A stretch of 64,000 nucleotides of DNA from Eledone cirrhosa (taxonomy: Eukaryota), in contig OZ024750.1 in assembly GCA_964016885.1 (NCBI GenBank), positions 23,498,001 through 23,562,000 of the forward strand, given 5' to 3'. Within the stretch, counting starts at the first letter, position 1, and every line of letters begins with the position of its first letter. A program made the translations under genes and the position numbers. Positions 51,690-64,000 of the stretch are shown one piece after another. A model generated the notes under the pieces. The model searched no databases. It was given only the letters and a program-made list of their open reading frames with translations, and was not told where the DNA came from.

Positions 51690-53450
51690 TGCTCTACCGA
51701 TACTGCCAATCCACAATAATTGTTAATAATTGTTTCTACTTTTGGCACAAGGCCAGCAATTACCCAGTACATTACTGGTACTTTATTTTATCGACCCCGT
51801 AAGGATGAAAGGCAAAGTTAACCTCGGCGGGATTTGAACTCAGAATGGAAAGGGCCGTAACTCTATGCATCAAAGCATGACGTCCGACCTTCTACCGATA
51901 CTGCCAATCCACCGCCCTAATAATTGTTAATAATAATAATAACAATAAATGTTTCTACTTTTGGCACAAGGCCAGCAATTACACCAGTGCATTACTGGTA
52001 CTTTATTTTATCGACCCCCGTAAGGAGGGAAGGTAAAGTTAACCTCGACGGGATTTGAACTCAGACCGTAAAGGGCCGTAACTCTATGCTGCAAAGCATG
52101 GTGTCTGACGCTCTACCAATACCCACAATAATAATAATAATAATGATGATGATGATGATTTCTTTGTTTATTATTATTTTATTTATTTATTTGTTATATA
52201 TTTTAAAAATAATAATTTCTTTATTAACTACAAAGGGTTTACAAAAAGTACATTAAGAATGGTAGAGAATGATCATTTGTGACTATGGATTGTGTTTCAT
52301 AAACTTAGCACAACATATCATCATCATCATCATCGTTTAACGTCTATCTTCCACGCTAGCATGGGTTAGACAGGTTTGTCCCATTTAGGAGCAAGTTGGG
52401 TCGGGTGACAGTGTCTCGTTCATATAGGACTGTTTCTAGCTGGTTTTCTGTGGCTGGATGCCCTTCCTAGCAGCACCAGCCACATTTACTGTGTGTACTG
52501 GGGGCTTTTTGTCATGTCTTTTACACATAAGCTGATAATGGTTTCTAAGGGAAAGGTAGATTAAATTAACTCCAGTGCATTACTGATACTTTATTTTATT
52601 GACCCCTATAAGAATAAAAGGTAAAAATAACCTTGGTGGGATTTGAACTCAGAACTTCCAGGACCGTAACTCTATACCAAAAAGCATGTTGTCCGATGCT
52701 CTACTAACACTGCCAATCCACCAACCCTTTGTCCACAACAATTTATAATAATGGTTTCTTATATAGGCACAAGGCCAGCAATTGTGGGGGAGGGGAAAGT
52801 CAATTAAATCGACCCCAGTGCGTGACTGGTATTTTATTTTATCGACCCCGTAAGGATGAAAGGCAAAGTTAACCTCGGTGGGATTTGAACTCAGTTCATA
52901 AAGGGCCGTAACTCTATGCTGCAAAGCATGGTGTCTGACGCTCTAACAATACTGCCCATTCACTACCCACAATAATAATAATAATAATTATGGTTTCTTA
53001 TATAGGCACAAGGCCAGTAATTTGGGGGGAGGGGAAAGTCGATTAAATCGACCCCAGTGCGTGACTGGTACTTTATTTTATCGACCCCATAAGGATGAAA
53101 GGCAAAGTTAACCTCGGCGGGATTTGAGCTCAGATCATAAAGGGCTGTAACTCTATGCTGCAAATCATGGCGTCCGACCCTCCACCGATACTGCCAACCC
53201 ACCGCCCTAACAACAATTTATAATAATGGTTTCTAATCTAAGCACAAGGCCAAAAAATTTGTTAGCGGAGAAAATTGATTAAACCAATCTCAGTACATGA
53301 CTGGTACTTTATTTCATCAACACTGTGATGATGAAACACAAAGTGACCTCAGCGGGATTTGGACTCAGAATATAAAGAGCTGGAACAAATACCACAAAGC
53401 ATTTTGTTCGATGCTCTCATGATTCTGTCATTCTACCACCCTCACAATAA
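51690..53450 (-). mobile_element. Cluster of about 7 same-orientation SINE copies
   Basis: Same units as the 48005-49555 cluster. Confidence 0.8.
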
Positions 53451-55407
53451 TTTATTACAATAATTATTATTTTATAAGGATTTCTCCATTTAATGCTCTA
53501 GATATGACAGAGGATTGGCTGAGAAGTTTTACTACCACAGCAAGAGTGAAGGAATTTTGGGATACTCTAAAACTCTTTTATTCTTTTACTGTTTTCAGGT
53601 ATTAAACTACGGCCATACTGGAGCACTGCCTCGAACAAATTAATTGATCATATTGACCCCAGTATTTTTTTTCAAGTCTAGTACTTATTCTATTGATCTC
53701 TTTTTTGTCAAACCATTAAAGTTCCAGGAGGGACTTAAACAAACAATAAACATGAAAACAGACACAGACTCACACACACATATATATACATATATGGATC
53801 AAAGAACACAGCCATACAGTGCTTCCTCTTTTAAAAGGCACCAACAGAAATGTCAAGATATTAACCTTTTAATATTTACATTACTCTATATTTACTATTG
53901 TATTTTATCTCATTTTATCTCATATAATATTGAATCTATGAGATTTTGATATTATTTATTTTGAGAACAATACCTTAACATCAGTAGGAGTGGCCAGTTA
54001 TGGCTGGTTTAAACAGAAAGAGGTGAGAGAATTCTGGCCAGATATGGCTGGTTTAAATGCTAAAGGGTTAAGAGATATCAAAGTTACCATGCAGAACACC
54101 AAACAAAATATTGGAAATTTGTGTTCCAAAGAGGTTATTTTCATCAATAATTCCTGTTGTTAGAACTCCTTTTTTTCCAACAAGGTGTGTTCCAGTTGAT
54201 TCAATCAACGGAAGTATCTGCTCATGAAATTAACATGTAAGTGGCTGAGCATTCTATAGACACATACACCCGTAACCCTTTAGCATTTAAACCAGCCATA
54301 TCCAGCCAGAATACTCTCACCTCTTTCTTTTCAAACCAGCTATAACCAGCTGTTCATACTGATGTTAAGGTATTGTTCTCAAAATAAAAACATCAAAATC
54401 TCGTAGCTTCAATATTATGCAAGATAAAGCGTTTACCACAAAAATACAATAGTAAATGGTAAAGGGTTAACATAGTTCTCAGGGAGATTCAACATGACAC
54501 AATTTGTGACATGTCTGATCCCTTGAATTACATGTAAAACTCGTTTATGCCCCAGTTGAGTTTACTGAAATAAAGCATCTTGCGCAAGTACTCATTGGGC
54601 CATCCAGTCCAGTAATCAAACTTGTGACTTTACAATCATAAACTGAACACTGTAACCACTAAGCCACATGCCTTCACTATACAAGCCACCAAACAAAACT
54701 TCAGAAATTTGTCATATCAAAGAGGTTATTCTCATCAATAGAACTAGACCAGTCATAAACATTAGATTAGTCCCAGCTTCTGATGGCACTTGAGTAATGC
54801 CTTTTAGTTCAGTAATCAGAGCCATAACCTTACAATTTTGAGCCCAACACTCTAATCACTACATTTTATGCACCTTCTGTTGATACGACAAACTACGTAT
54901 ACAATTAATATGAAGTGTTTCCATCAAAGAAATGAAGTTGTTTTTGTATGTGCTTATTTCTCAACTTTGAGGGATTGGTGGAGCCATATAGGAACAGAGA
55001 TAATGTCATCACACCTAGATTTTTAAACTTTCAGTTTTCATTCCTTTACATCCTGTAAGGATTTTTCAGAAAATAACTAAAAACAGGTTTGTTAGTCCAA
55101 ATATTCATAGTATTTTACTAGTGAACTGATCATTGTGAAAATTTGCTACATTAGAGTAAAGACTTTAATATTTTATGTGATGTAGTCAATTATGCTAAAA
55201 ATACTATTGCATGTGCATGGTTGTTAATTAATTGTTAATATCCTGTAAGGTTTTGCAGAAAATATCTCAAAAGAGATTTGTTAGTTCAAATGTTTACTAG
55301 TGGACAGATCATTAAGTAAATTTACTGCATTATAGTAAAGTCTTTGGTGTGTAATGTGATATAGCCAATTGATGCAGTCATAATGCTGTTTTATACCAAC
55401 ATTATGT

Positions 55408-55661
55408 CAACACTATATACCACTATAGCATAGCAACTATGTACCACATAACAACACTATATACCACTATAGCATAACAACTATGTACTACATAACAACA
55501 CTATATACCACTATAGCATAACAACTACGTACCACATAACAACACTATATACCACTATAGTATAGCAACTACGTACCACATAACAACACTATATACCACT
55601 ATAGCATAACAACTATGTACCACATAACACTATATACCACTATAGCATAGCAACTATGTAC
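55408..55661. repeat. 44-bp minisatellite
   Basis: caacactatataccactatagcataacaactatgtaccacataa. Confidence 0.92.
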
Positions 55662-55744
55662 GATTAATGGTTGGAAGACAATCTACAGTAGGTTTTCTAA
55701 ACGCTGAATCTCTGTTATTTGCTTCCTTCTATTACACAGCTAGA

Positions 55745-55928
55745 ATGATGGAGACTGAAGAGATTGAATTAAGCTCACCTGGTGACAAACCTGTCTCACG
55801 ACCTTTATCACAACCTGTCTCACGACCTACTTCACAACCTGTCTCACGACCTACTTCACAAGCTGTCTCACAACCTGTTTTCCAACCTGTCTCACAACCT
55901 GTCTTTCAACCTGTACCACAACCAACAC
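55745..55928 (+). CDS. First coding exon of putative SPFH/Band-7-like membrane protein (MMETEEIELSS..., QPVS repeats)
   Basis: acacag| acceptor at 55739, ATGATG at 55745, phase-1 donor c|gtaact matching the phase-1 acceptor at 61906. Confidence 0.6.
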
Positions 55929-56599
55929 GTAACTACACACGTTTTACTTTAAGTTAACATATTTCCATTACCAGATTTCTAATGAAAAAAACAAATAATT
56001 TTGATAATTTTTTGGTAATCAAGGAATTTGAAGTGATTTAGAAATATAACTAACTTTCTAATTATTTATATTTTGTTTGACACATAACTTTTCGTTATCA
56101 TATTTCTAATGAATAACACTGCCAATGACTTTAAAATAATTTTGGAAAATAATCATGAATTTTAAGGGATTTATACCTAACTCTCATGATTAATTGGCAA
56201 CTTTGCCTTTCATCCTTACGGGGTCGATAAAATAAAGTACCAGTAATGTACTGGGTAATTGCTGGCCTTGTGCCTAAAGTAGAAACAATTATTAATTGGC
56301 AGTATCGGTAGAGGGTCGGACATGCTTTCCAGCATAGTTACGTCCCTTTACGATCTGAGTTCAAATCCGGCCGAGGTTAATTTTGCCTTTCATTCTTACG
56401 GGGTCGATAAAATAAAGTACGAGTAATGTACTGGGTATTTGCTGGCCTTGTGTCTAAAATAGAAACAATTATTAACTCTTTCATTACAATATTTCTAATG
56501 AAGACGTCTTTTATTTTAAAAGCAATCGAGAATTTGAAGGGATTTATTGATATAACTAACTTCCTAAATTATCTATCTTGTGTTTGGAAGTAACTTAAC

Positions 56600-58205
56600 C
56601 AGTGGCGTAACTAGCTTTTAAAGCCGGGGGGGGGGGGGGGGGTCGATCTAAAGGGAGCCCCACCAATTCCATACGCTCATTTCCATCGGCTGCAAGGAAA
56701 TATGTTCATACACGCATATAGAATAGATAATAATTTATAATAGAGTAGACAGCATCATAGATTACAGAGTTAGCATGTTCCGTGAAAACTTTATTAACTG
56801 CGAAGACGGTGGTCTATCTTCAGAAAAAAAACAACATCCAATAAAACTAGTTTTGCAATCGATTATTCACCAACAAAAATTCGTATGTACAACAAATCGT
56901 CCATCTAAAACTTTACTTTCACATTCGAGCACATCACTTGTTCTACAGTTCTAATTTGCGATGTTTTACTTTAGAAAATTTTTCAATCACGATGCTGAAG
57001 TCAATTTTTTCAGCCAGTTCTCGCTCTATGTACATCATTGCCAGAGCATTCAACCGCTCTTCACTCATGGTACTACGCAAATAATTCTTTATCAGTTTGA
57101 GCCTGGTGAAGGTTCGCTCAGCCTGCGCCGAGCTAACCGGAATAGTTATGAACATTTTGTATAAGGCAAACACGTTCGGATAGGCTCTATCTAAGTCACT
57201 AGAAATCATAAACGGAACGATCTCAGAACTCGATATGGATTTATCTAAACACACTTCCTTGTAAAAATCTTTGAATGATAAATACTCGTCGAAGATAGTG
57301 TCATTTTCGATGTCACCCTCGTAGAATTTCACAAGATTATCGATTCTCTCTCTATTGCATGTGTCGTCGTTGTCGTTGAAGTGCGCCAGTATCAAGCACG
57401 AAAAATCCTTCACTAGATCGTGCAAGTCGGCAAAGCGTTTGTTAAAGCTACTAATGATTCTATCTAAGATAGTGAAATAAACTTAAGTTTAAAATGCTAA
57501 CTCATCGTCTCATGAGGTTCGTCACTGGCATTTTCGTCATGAAAACGCTTCTTTTTTCTTTTCCGTTTTTCTGTTGTAAACTCTGGTTCAACTTGACATT
57601 GCTCGGCGAGATTTTTAGCGTCTGATAATGTTCGGTCAAAATATTCATTTGAGCGGATGTCTTCAATTTCTTTTACTACATTTTTAATCATGACGTCTGC
57701 GGAATATAAGTCGATAGCCTCCTTCTGCAAATATTGTGAAACAGAATGTAGCTTTTTAAGTAAATTCTGAAAAAACTTCAACATGAAAATGAATTCAAAT
57801 TTGCTCACATTTAGTAGCAAACCTCTGGCCTCGGCTAATACTTTCGGAGCAGTGTTCTGAACATCCCCACTTATTATCCTCTCTAGTGCACTTATTACTG
57901 CCGGTAAGTTGTTAATGGTAGCCTCTACAGCCTGAATGTGACTAAACCAGCGCGTATCTGAGAGTCTTTTTAATGTTAATACCGTTGAAGTCAATAGTTT
58001 TTCTTGTTCTTCTTCGAGGATTTTTAGCCTTGGCAAGCTTGATGTTAAGAAAACATTAAGGCTCTCCAATATACCAAAAAATAATTTACCATCCACTGAC
58101 GATTGGCTAGCATCGATTAACACCAGGTTCAGGTTATGAGTGCAACAATGGACGTAAACAGCTTTCGAAGAGCATCCCTCTAACTCTAGCCTGGAGCCCA
58201 GAAAT
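56600..58205 (-). mobile_element. Truncated hAT DNA transposon (ZMYM1-like/Tip100-type transposase pseudogene)
   Basis: Terminus CAGTGGCGTAACTAG at 56600; VYVHCCTHNLNLV (CxxH), LSDTRW and C-terminal dimerisation motif TIPVSSAQAERTFTRLKLIKNYLRSTMSEERL; frameshifts near 57490 and 58170; 5' half missing. Confidence 0.9.
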
Positions 58206-59077
58206 GGGTTAAGTTACTTAACCCTTTAGCATTTAAACCGGTCATATCTGGCCAGAATTCTCTCACCTCTTTCTGTTTAAACTAGCTGTAACCGACTGCT
58301 CATATTGATGTTAAGGTATTGTTTTCAAAATAAATAATATCAAAATCTCATAAGATTAGATATTATACGAAAATACAATAGTATATATAGAGTAATGTAA
58401 ATGCTAAAGAGTTAACCAAAGTTCTTACATAAAATTATTCTGGAAGGATTTTAGATACATATAAATACTTTAAAACAGGAAGTTTTGTGTCTTAAAACAA
58501 AAGATGGTTCCAGGTGGTTTGGTCTCAAAAGAGTTAATAATTTCATTCAGCCCACACTGTAATTGTGGTTGGTGTTAGAAAGGGCATCCAGTCGTAGAAA
58601 ACCTGCCAGAGACAGTTCTGTACAAGCGAGACACGGTCTCCCAACCAATCTCGTCTCAAGTGGAACAAAACCGTCCAACCCATGCTAGCATGGAAGATGG
58701 ATGTTAAACGATGATGATGATAATAATACTGATGATTCTACCTTATCAGCATTTTCAAACACAATATTCTACTATTATAGTCATATCTGTGAGTAAACTA
58801 AAGATTTCCCTGATGTTTATAAGATATACAGTGTTATATTATAGGAAGTACTCATTCATTTTTGGAAACTTGCCAGTAATACAGATGTATATTTTTAACC
58901 TGAGTTATTACAAATATTTAGGTGAATGAATGTAATAGCCTACATAATCAGCCTCACTATGAACTCAAATGAATGTGCAATGTATATGTAACCTCACTAT
59001 TTAACCAACAATATGTGAAATGCATACATAACCTCTCTGCACACCCAGTTATTTATAACTTGTCTATAATACCTTAA

Positions 59078-60195
59078 TGAATGAAATTATTGTGTACAGT
59101 GCTCAGATGCACTACAACCCATCAAAGGTGCATGTATAGTACATAGAATAATGTACAAATGTCAGGGAAGTGAATAGTGTATGAGTCATGATATACATGT
59201 GTGCGTGTGTATGGAGGGGGAATATTAGGTGTAGTGTTGGCGAATCTCGGGAAGCATGGAGGTTTTAAAGGATGCAGTGTCTCGACAGCTAACAACTGAT
59301 GCCAGGAGTTTGTTCCATGCTTCAGCAACTCTGAGCGTGAAAAAATTTTTTCAAAAGTCATGGGAGCTGTACTGTTTTCTGACTTTGTTGACATGCGCAC
59401 ATGTGTTAGACACATGGAAATCAAAAAGGTACTCAAGGTTGTTGTTGGCGAGATGGTTAATAATTTTGTAGGTGTTTACCAAGTCAGTTGCCAGACGTTG
59501 GAGCTTCAATGTATCCATGCCCAGGAAAGTAAGGCGTTCAGAGTATGGTAGATGCCTAATGGAGGGTATTCACTTGGTTGCATATCTCTGAACAGTTTCC
59601 AGGCGGTCAATGTTCTGAGCAAGATAGGGGTTCCAGACTGGTGATGCAAATTCTAAGTGTGGCCACACCATAGCTAAATACAACTTTAAATAGATAGCTG
59701 AGTGATGCTAAGACACCCTCAGCCTTGACAATTTTAGAGACATGCTTCATCCAACACAAATCGCTGCTGACAGTAATGCCCAGGTCACGTTCACAAGAAA
59801 ACTTCTTGATATTAGTGTTGTGGAGGGAGTATGTGGACGCTGGATTTTTACTCAAAAAATGCATGGTCGTACACTTGTCCACAGCCAGCTTGAGTTGCCA
59901 GTCTGTGATCCATTGTTGCATTGTGTCCAGGTCAGATTGCAGGCAAGATCTATAGTGTTCAGGATCTGTCCTTTTTATCTCAAGGTTAAGCTTGATGTCA
60001 TCTGCATATTTCAGTACTGTGGCATTCTTTAAGTTGGCATCTATATCATTAATATATGCCACAAACAAAAGGGGGCCAAGAACAGATCCCTGTGGTACAC
60101 CAGATGACATTTCATATGGGGGGGGGGGTGCTGTCCTAGAACCGTGACTACCTCTCTTCGACTGAGAATGAAGGACTTCAACCAGTTAAAAAGAC
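59078..60195 (-). mobile_element. CR1-clade LINE 3' fragment (RT remnant plus 3' UTR)
   Basis: SGVPQGSVLGPLLFVAYIND...YADD in ORF 59607-60110; 3' end shared with four other copies in the window. Confidence 0.9.
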
Positions 60196-61905
60196 CTTGT
60201 TATACATCCAACTGTATATATAACCTAACAATACAACCAGCTATATACAACATGCTTATACAACCAAATGTCTGTAACATGCGTCTATATAATACTGTAA
60301 CTGTATATCGCTTGTCTATATAACCTCACCATACATCTAAATGTATGTATAATGTATTTATACCCTCACTATGCAACCAACTATATGTGCAATGCCTATA
60401 TAACCTCCATGTACACCCAGTTGTATATAACTTGTTTAAATAACCTCATTAGGCAACCGACTGTATATAAAACATGTTTATATATAACCTCACAATATTA
60501 CCAGTTATATATAACCTGCCTATGTGACATGTCTATAAAACTTCACTATACAACTGGCTTTATATATAACCTGACCATGTAAATGATTGTATATATATAA
60601 CTATTACAATATGGATTTCGATCAATGACACAAGGCCACAAATATGTGCGATATGCTTTCCTGCGTGCGCGTGTGTGTGTGAAGGAGGAGCTGATTTAAT
60701 TTTAGACATAAAGGGAGATAACTACATCTTGTTTGTCAGTCGCAACTGAAATATACTGCCCAGCAAAGAGTGTAGAGTTTGTCCCTTACCCGTTTCTCTA
60801 CTCTTTCTAAATTTTTTTTTCCCCTCGTTTTTCTTCTTTTCTCTTTTCTGCAATAATGAACAGGAAAAGAGAAAAGAAGAGGGGAAGAAAAAATTAAATA
60901 ATGAAGAAAGGAGAGGGGGAAAAGTTTACACCCCTGACTAAGCAGTATATCTCAGCTGCACCCCGTGATACCCACTGAATCATTCATTCCACCTCACAGG
61001 GTTCCCTCCTCAGGCGGAATGGATTCCTCCTGATTTTGTGGAAGAAAACAGCAGTCCAAGGACCAAAGACACAGGAGGTCTCAACAGCAACTCGTGTGAA
61101 AAGGAAGCGGTCAGTCAAATACAGATATCATCAGCAACATCTTTATCTTATGTCTGCTTTCTATGCTTGGACGGGTCTTTTTATAAGATTAACTTCCACC
61201 ACATATTCATCTATGTTGTTTACTGTTAGTGATCTCATGGTCGCCCCAGAGATATAGAAGTACAGCAGGATGGAACAGTAGACCACCACCTTCACCCCAT
61301 CTCTGCCACAAGTCAGGACTTGGGTTGTAAGGAAGTCTTTACCAATCTACTCTTTGATGTTATCCACCCATTTTTTTTTTTCTTCTTGGATGATGGTTCA
61401 TGACAATCAATCAGATCTTGTCACTTGACCATAATATCTCATTTTTTTCTTTTCATTACAATGCTTAGCAGGTCTTTGTAGTTCCCCATATGTTACCTGA
61501 ATGCCATGCAAATGCTTTTATTGCTAATTTGTTGTGTAGCAGATGCCCATGATTTTTCTGTAGTATCTCATTTCGAATGTCAGGATTTTCCTCTTTAATC
61601 CTGCTGTGTTTGATGGAGAGTACTACAGCATGCATGTATTTCAGTTTAGCTTGGAGACTGATGTTTTTATCTCACCATATTGGTCTTAACTTTGCCAATG
61701 TTACAGATGCTTAAGCAGCTTTTGACCTTGCTTTGGTGATGTTGTTAGATATTATCAAATATTTAGGTCAGATATCTGAATATTCACATAAATCACTGAC
61801 ACATCACCACTGCCTCTGCCTTCCTGGTTGCAAATTATTTTAAATGCTTGTTAATCAATCAGCCCCCTTATTAAAACCCTAAAATGCAATATTCTCTTGT
61901 TTCAG

Positions 61906-62060
61906 TCCAGGAAAGAAGAATGCCTAACGACATAGATGATGATTCTGATATCAACTTAAAAAGTATCAAATGTATAGCCATTGGTATTATAATAACTGTT
62001 GGAATATTATTCCTAGTTATACTACTACCTCTTAGCTTTAGTTACCTTAACTACTATGAG
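61906..62060 (+). CDS. Exon of putative SPFH/Band-7 (prohibitin/stomatin-like) protein: TM helix then LPLSFSYLNYYE; gene continues beyond window
   Basis: tttcag| and |gtaagt; hydrophobic IAIGIIITVGILFLVILLPL followed by SFSYLxYYE, resembling the start of invertebrate SPFH domains (recall, not searched). Confidence 0.65.
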
Positions 62061-62240
62061 GTAAGTGTCTGTCTTGATTCCTATATCTCTCTTGAGCTAC
62101 ATACATACATACATACATACACACACATATATATACATACATACATACATATATATACATACATACACACATATATATACATACATAGTCTTCACATTTA
62201 TTATTATTATTACTATTACTATATATACTAATATATACTA

Positions 62241-62440
62241 GGGCGGTGGATTGGCAGTATCGGTAGAGGGTCGGACGCCATGCTTTCCAGCATAGTTACG
62301 TCCCTTTACGATCTGAGTTCAAATCCCGCCAAGGTTGACTTTGCCTTTCATCCTTACGGGGTCGATAAAATAAAGTACCAGTAATGCACTGGGTAATTGC
62401 TGGCCTTGTGCCTAAAGTAGAAACAATTATTACTATTACT
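62241..62440 (+). mobile_element. tRNA-derived SINE, representative full copy of a family with dozens of copies in the window (Nin-domain-like core)
   Basis: A-box-like TGGCAGTATCGG, B-box GAGTTCAAATCC, core gcctttcatccttacggggtcgataaaataaagtaccag, (att)n tail; copies e.g. 8685-8870, 16278-16465, 17135-17350, 24133-24516, 34490-36035, 56190-56470. Confidence 0.85.
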
Positions 62441-63248
62441 ATATATATATATATATAATGATGATTTAACATTTTGTACTGCCTCTTCACTTCTACGTTG
62501 TTGTTTTTTTGTTTACTGTTTCAACTATAAAATATATATGTATATGTAGAGTATATCTAGAAAATATCTATTTAAATAACATTTAAACCGGCTGTATCCG
62601 GCCAGAATTCTCTCACTTCTTTCTGTTCAAACCAGCTGAAACTGGCCACTCATACTGATGTTAAGGTATTGTTCTCAAAATAAATAACATCAAAATCTCA
62701 TAGATTCGATTTTATGTAAGATAGTTATGTGAGGAAGAGCCTTTACTGTGAAAATACTATAGTATATATAGAGTAATATAAATGCTAAAGGATTAAGTTT
62801 CAGTAATGTGCCTCTCTGACATCTGTGCTCTATGAGACTACCTAGTTCACTTTAATGGTAGCACCAGCCATGTGGTGGCCTCTGTCTGAAAAGGCAACAG
62901 TTTTAAGAATACACACGTCTATATTATTACATTAAAGCAAAACAAAGCTGACATTCCTAGCTAAATAAAATTACTTTGTTAATTGTTTTAACTTCCTACA
63001 TCATCAGTTAATTTACTTTTTAATTTTATCTAATCATACCTTGGACAACAAGTGTTCCAGTTGCTCTAACAACAGAAAAGCAGACTCCTGGAATTAATGA
63101 GAAAATGGCTGAGCATTCCACATGCACCCTGAACCCATTAGCATTTACATTACTCTATATATACTATTGTTTTTTGTGGTAAAGGCTTTACCTCACATAA
63201 TTATCTCACATAATACCAAATCTATGAGATTTTGATATTATTTATTCA

Positions 63249-63600
63249 TTTCCATGTGTCTAACACATATGGGATGCCTACAAAGTCAGAAAACAGCACA
63301 GCTCCAATGACTTTCGGAAATATTTTTTCACCCTCAGAGTTGCTGAAGTATGGAACAAACTACCTGCATCAGTTGTTAACTGCCGAGATACTGCATCCTT
63401 TAAAACCTCCATGCTTCCTGAAATTCGCCAACACTACACCTGATATCCCCTCTCCCTACACACGCGCACGTGTATATCATGACTCATACACTGTTCAATT
63501 TCCTGACATTTGTACATTATTCTATGTACTATACATGCACCTTTGATAAGTTGTAGTGCACCTGAGCACTGTACACAATAATTTCATTATCATTATTATT
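63249..63600 (+). mobile_element. CR1-like LINE 3' end inserted in a TTAA MITE (63130-63710)
   Basis: MITE sequence resumes on both sides of the LINE fragment. Confidence 0.85.
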
Positions 63601-64000
63601 AAAGAACAATACCTTAACATCAGTATGAGCAATAGGTTATGGCTGGTTTGAACAGAAAGAGGTGTGAGAATTCTGGCCAGATAAGGCCGGTTTAAATGCT
63701 AAAGGGTTAATGTAATTCTATGGGTGATTCAGCATGACAATATATGACAATGCTGTTCTGTTTTGACTGTGAACCATGTGATGTTTTCCCCTTTTAAAAC
63801 TATTACTGGTGGCGGTCACTTCAGAAAAAAACTAGTCCCCCTGAGGGAGTCTCTTGACAAGCTTGAAGTCACCTCATGGGCCAGGGTGATTGGTGAGGGG
63901 GTAATGCAGAGGATAGGGCAAAATCAAAACGTTTGTGATGGGGGTCTGCAAAGCTAAACCCTGCTATAGCAGGGGAAATGACTACATTTTTTATACCAAA

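Noticed and set aside
56943-58123. Domesticated ZMYM1-like gene
   Set aside because: Frameshifts, missing N-terminus and a retained TIR indicate a dead transposon.
62241-62330. tRNA gene suggested by A/B boxes
   Set aside because: No cloverleaf; it is the head of a multi-copy SINE.

Overview
Repeat-rich, AT-rich eukaryotic (metazoan) genomic DNA. The SINE, RTE, CR1 and MITE content and long (TA)n tracts suggest an octopod cephalopod (inference). Most entries in the ORF track are micro/minisatellite or TE artefacts. Reading splice sites by hand gives two + strand genes. (1) A VWA3A orthologue whose 5' end lies upstream of the window: 24 GT-AG exons from 614 to the stop at 38395, phase-consistent throughout (3520 nt, ~1170 aa). 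It has two VWA-type repeats (the second with a DTSGS MIDAS motif and LLTDGKPD) and a ~220-aa repetitive C-terminal tail. (2) The first two coding exons (55745-55928, 61906-62060) of a probable single-TM SPFH/Band-7-type membrane protein that runs off the 3' end. Introns and intergenic DNA hold dozens of tRNA-derived SINEs, RTE and CR1 LINE remnants, TTAA-flanked piggyBac-type MITEs, a frameshifted hAT transposase and many minisatellites. Most interesting: Penelope-type minimal hammerhead ribozyme motifs in VWA3A introns, including a 524-bp tandem dimer resembling a retrozyme; a palindromic hairpin-resolution footprint at the truncated end of the hAT element; minisatellites that multiply splice donor or acceptor sequences next to real exons; an inverted SINE pair just upstream of an exon. 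None is proven to be a new system from sequence alone.
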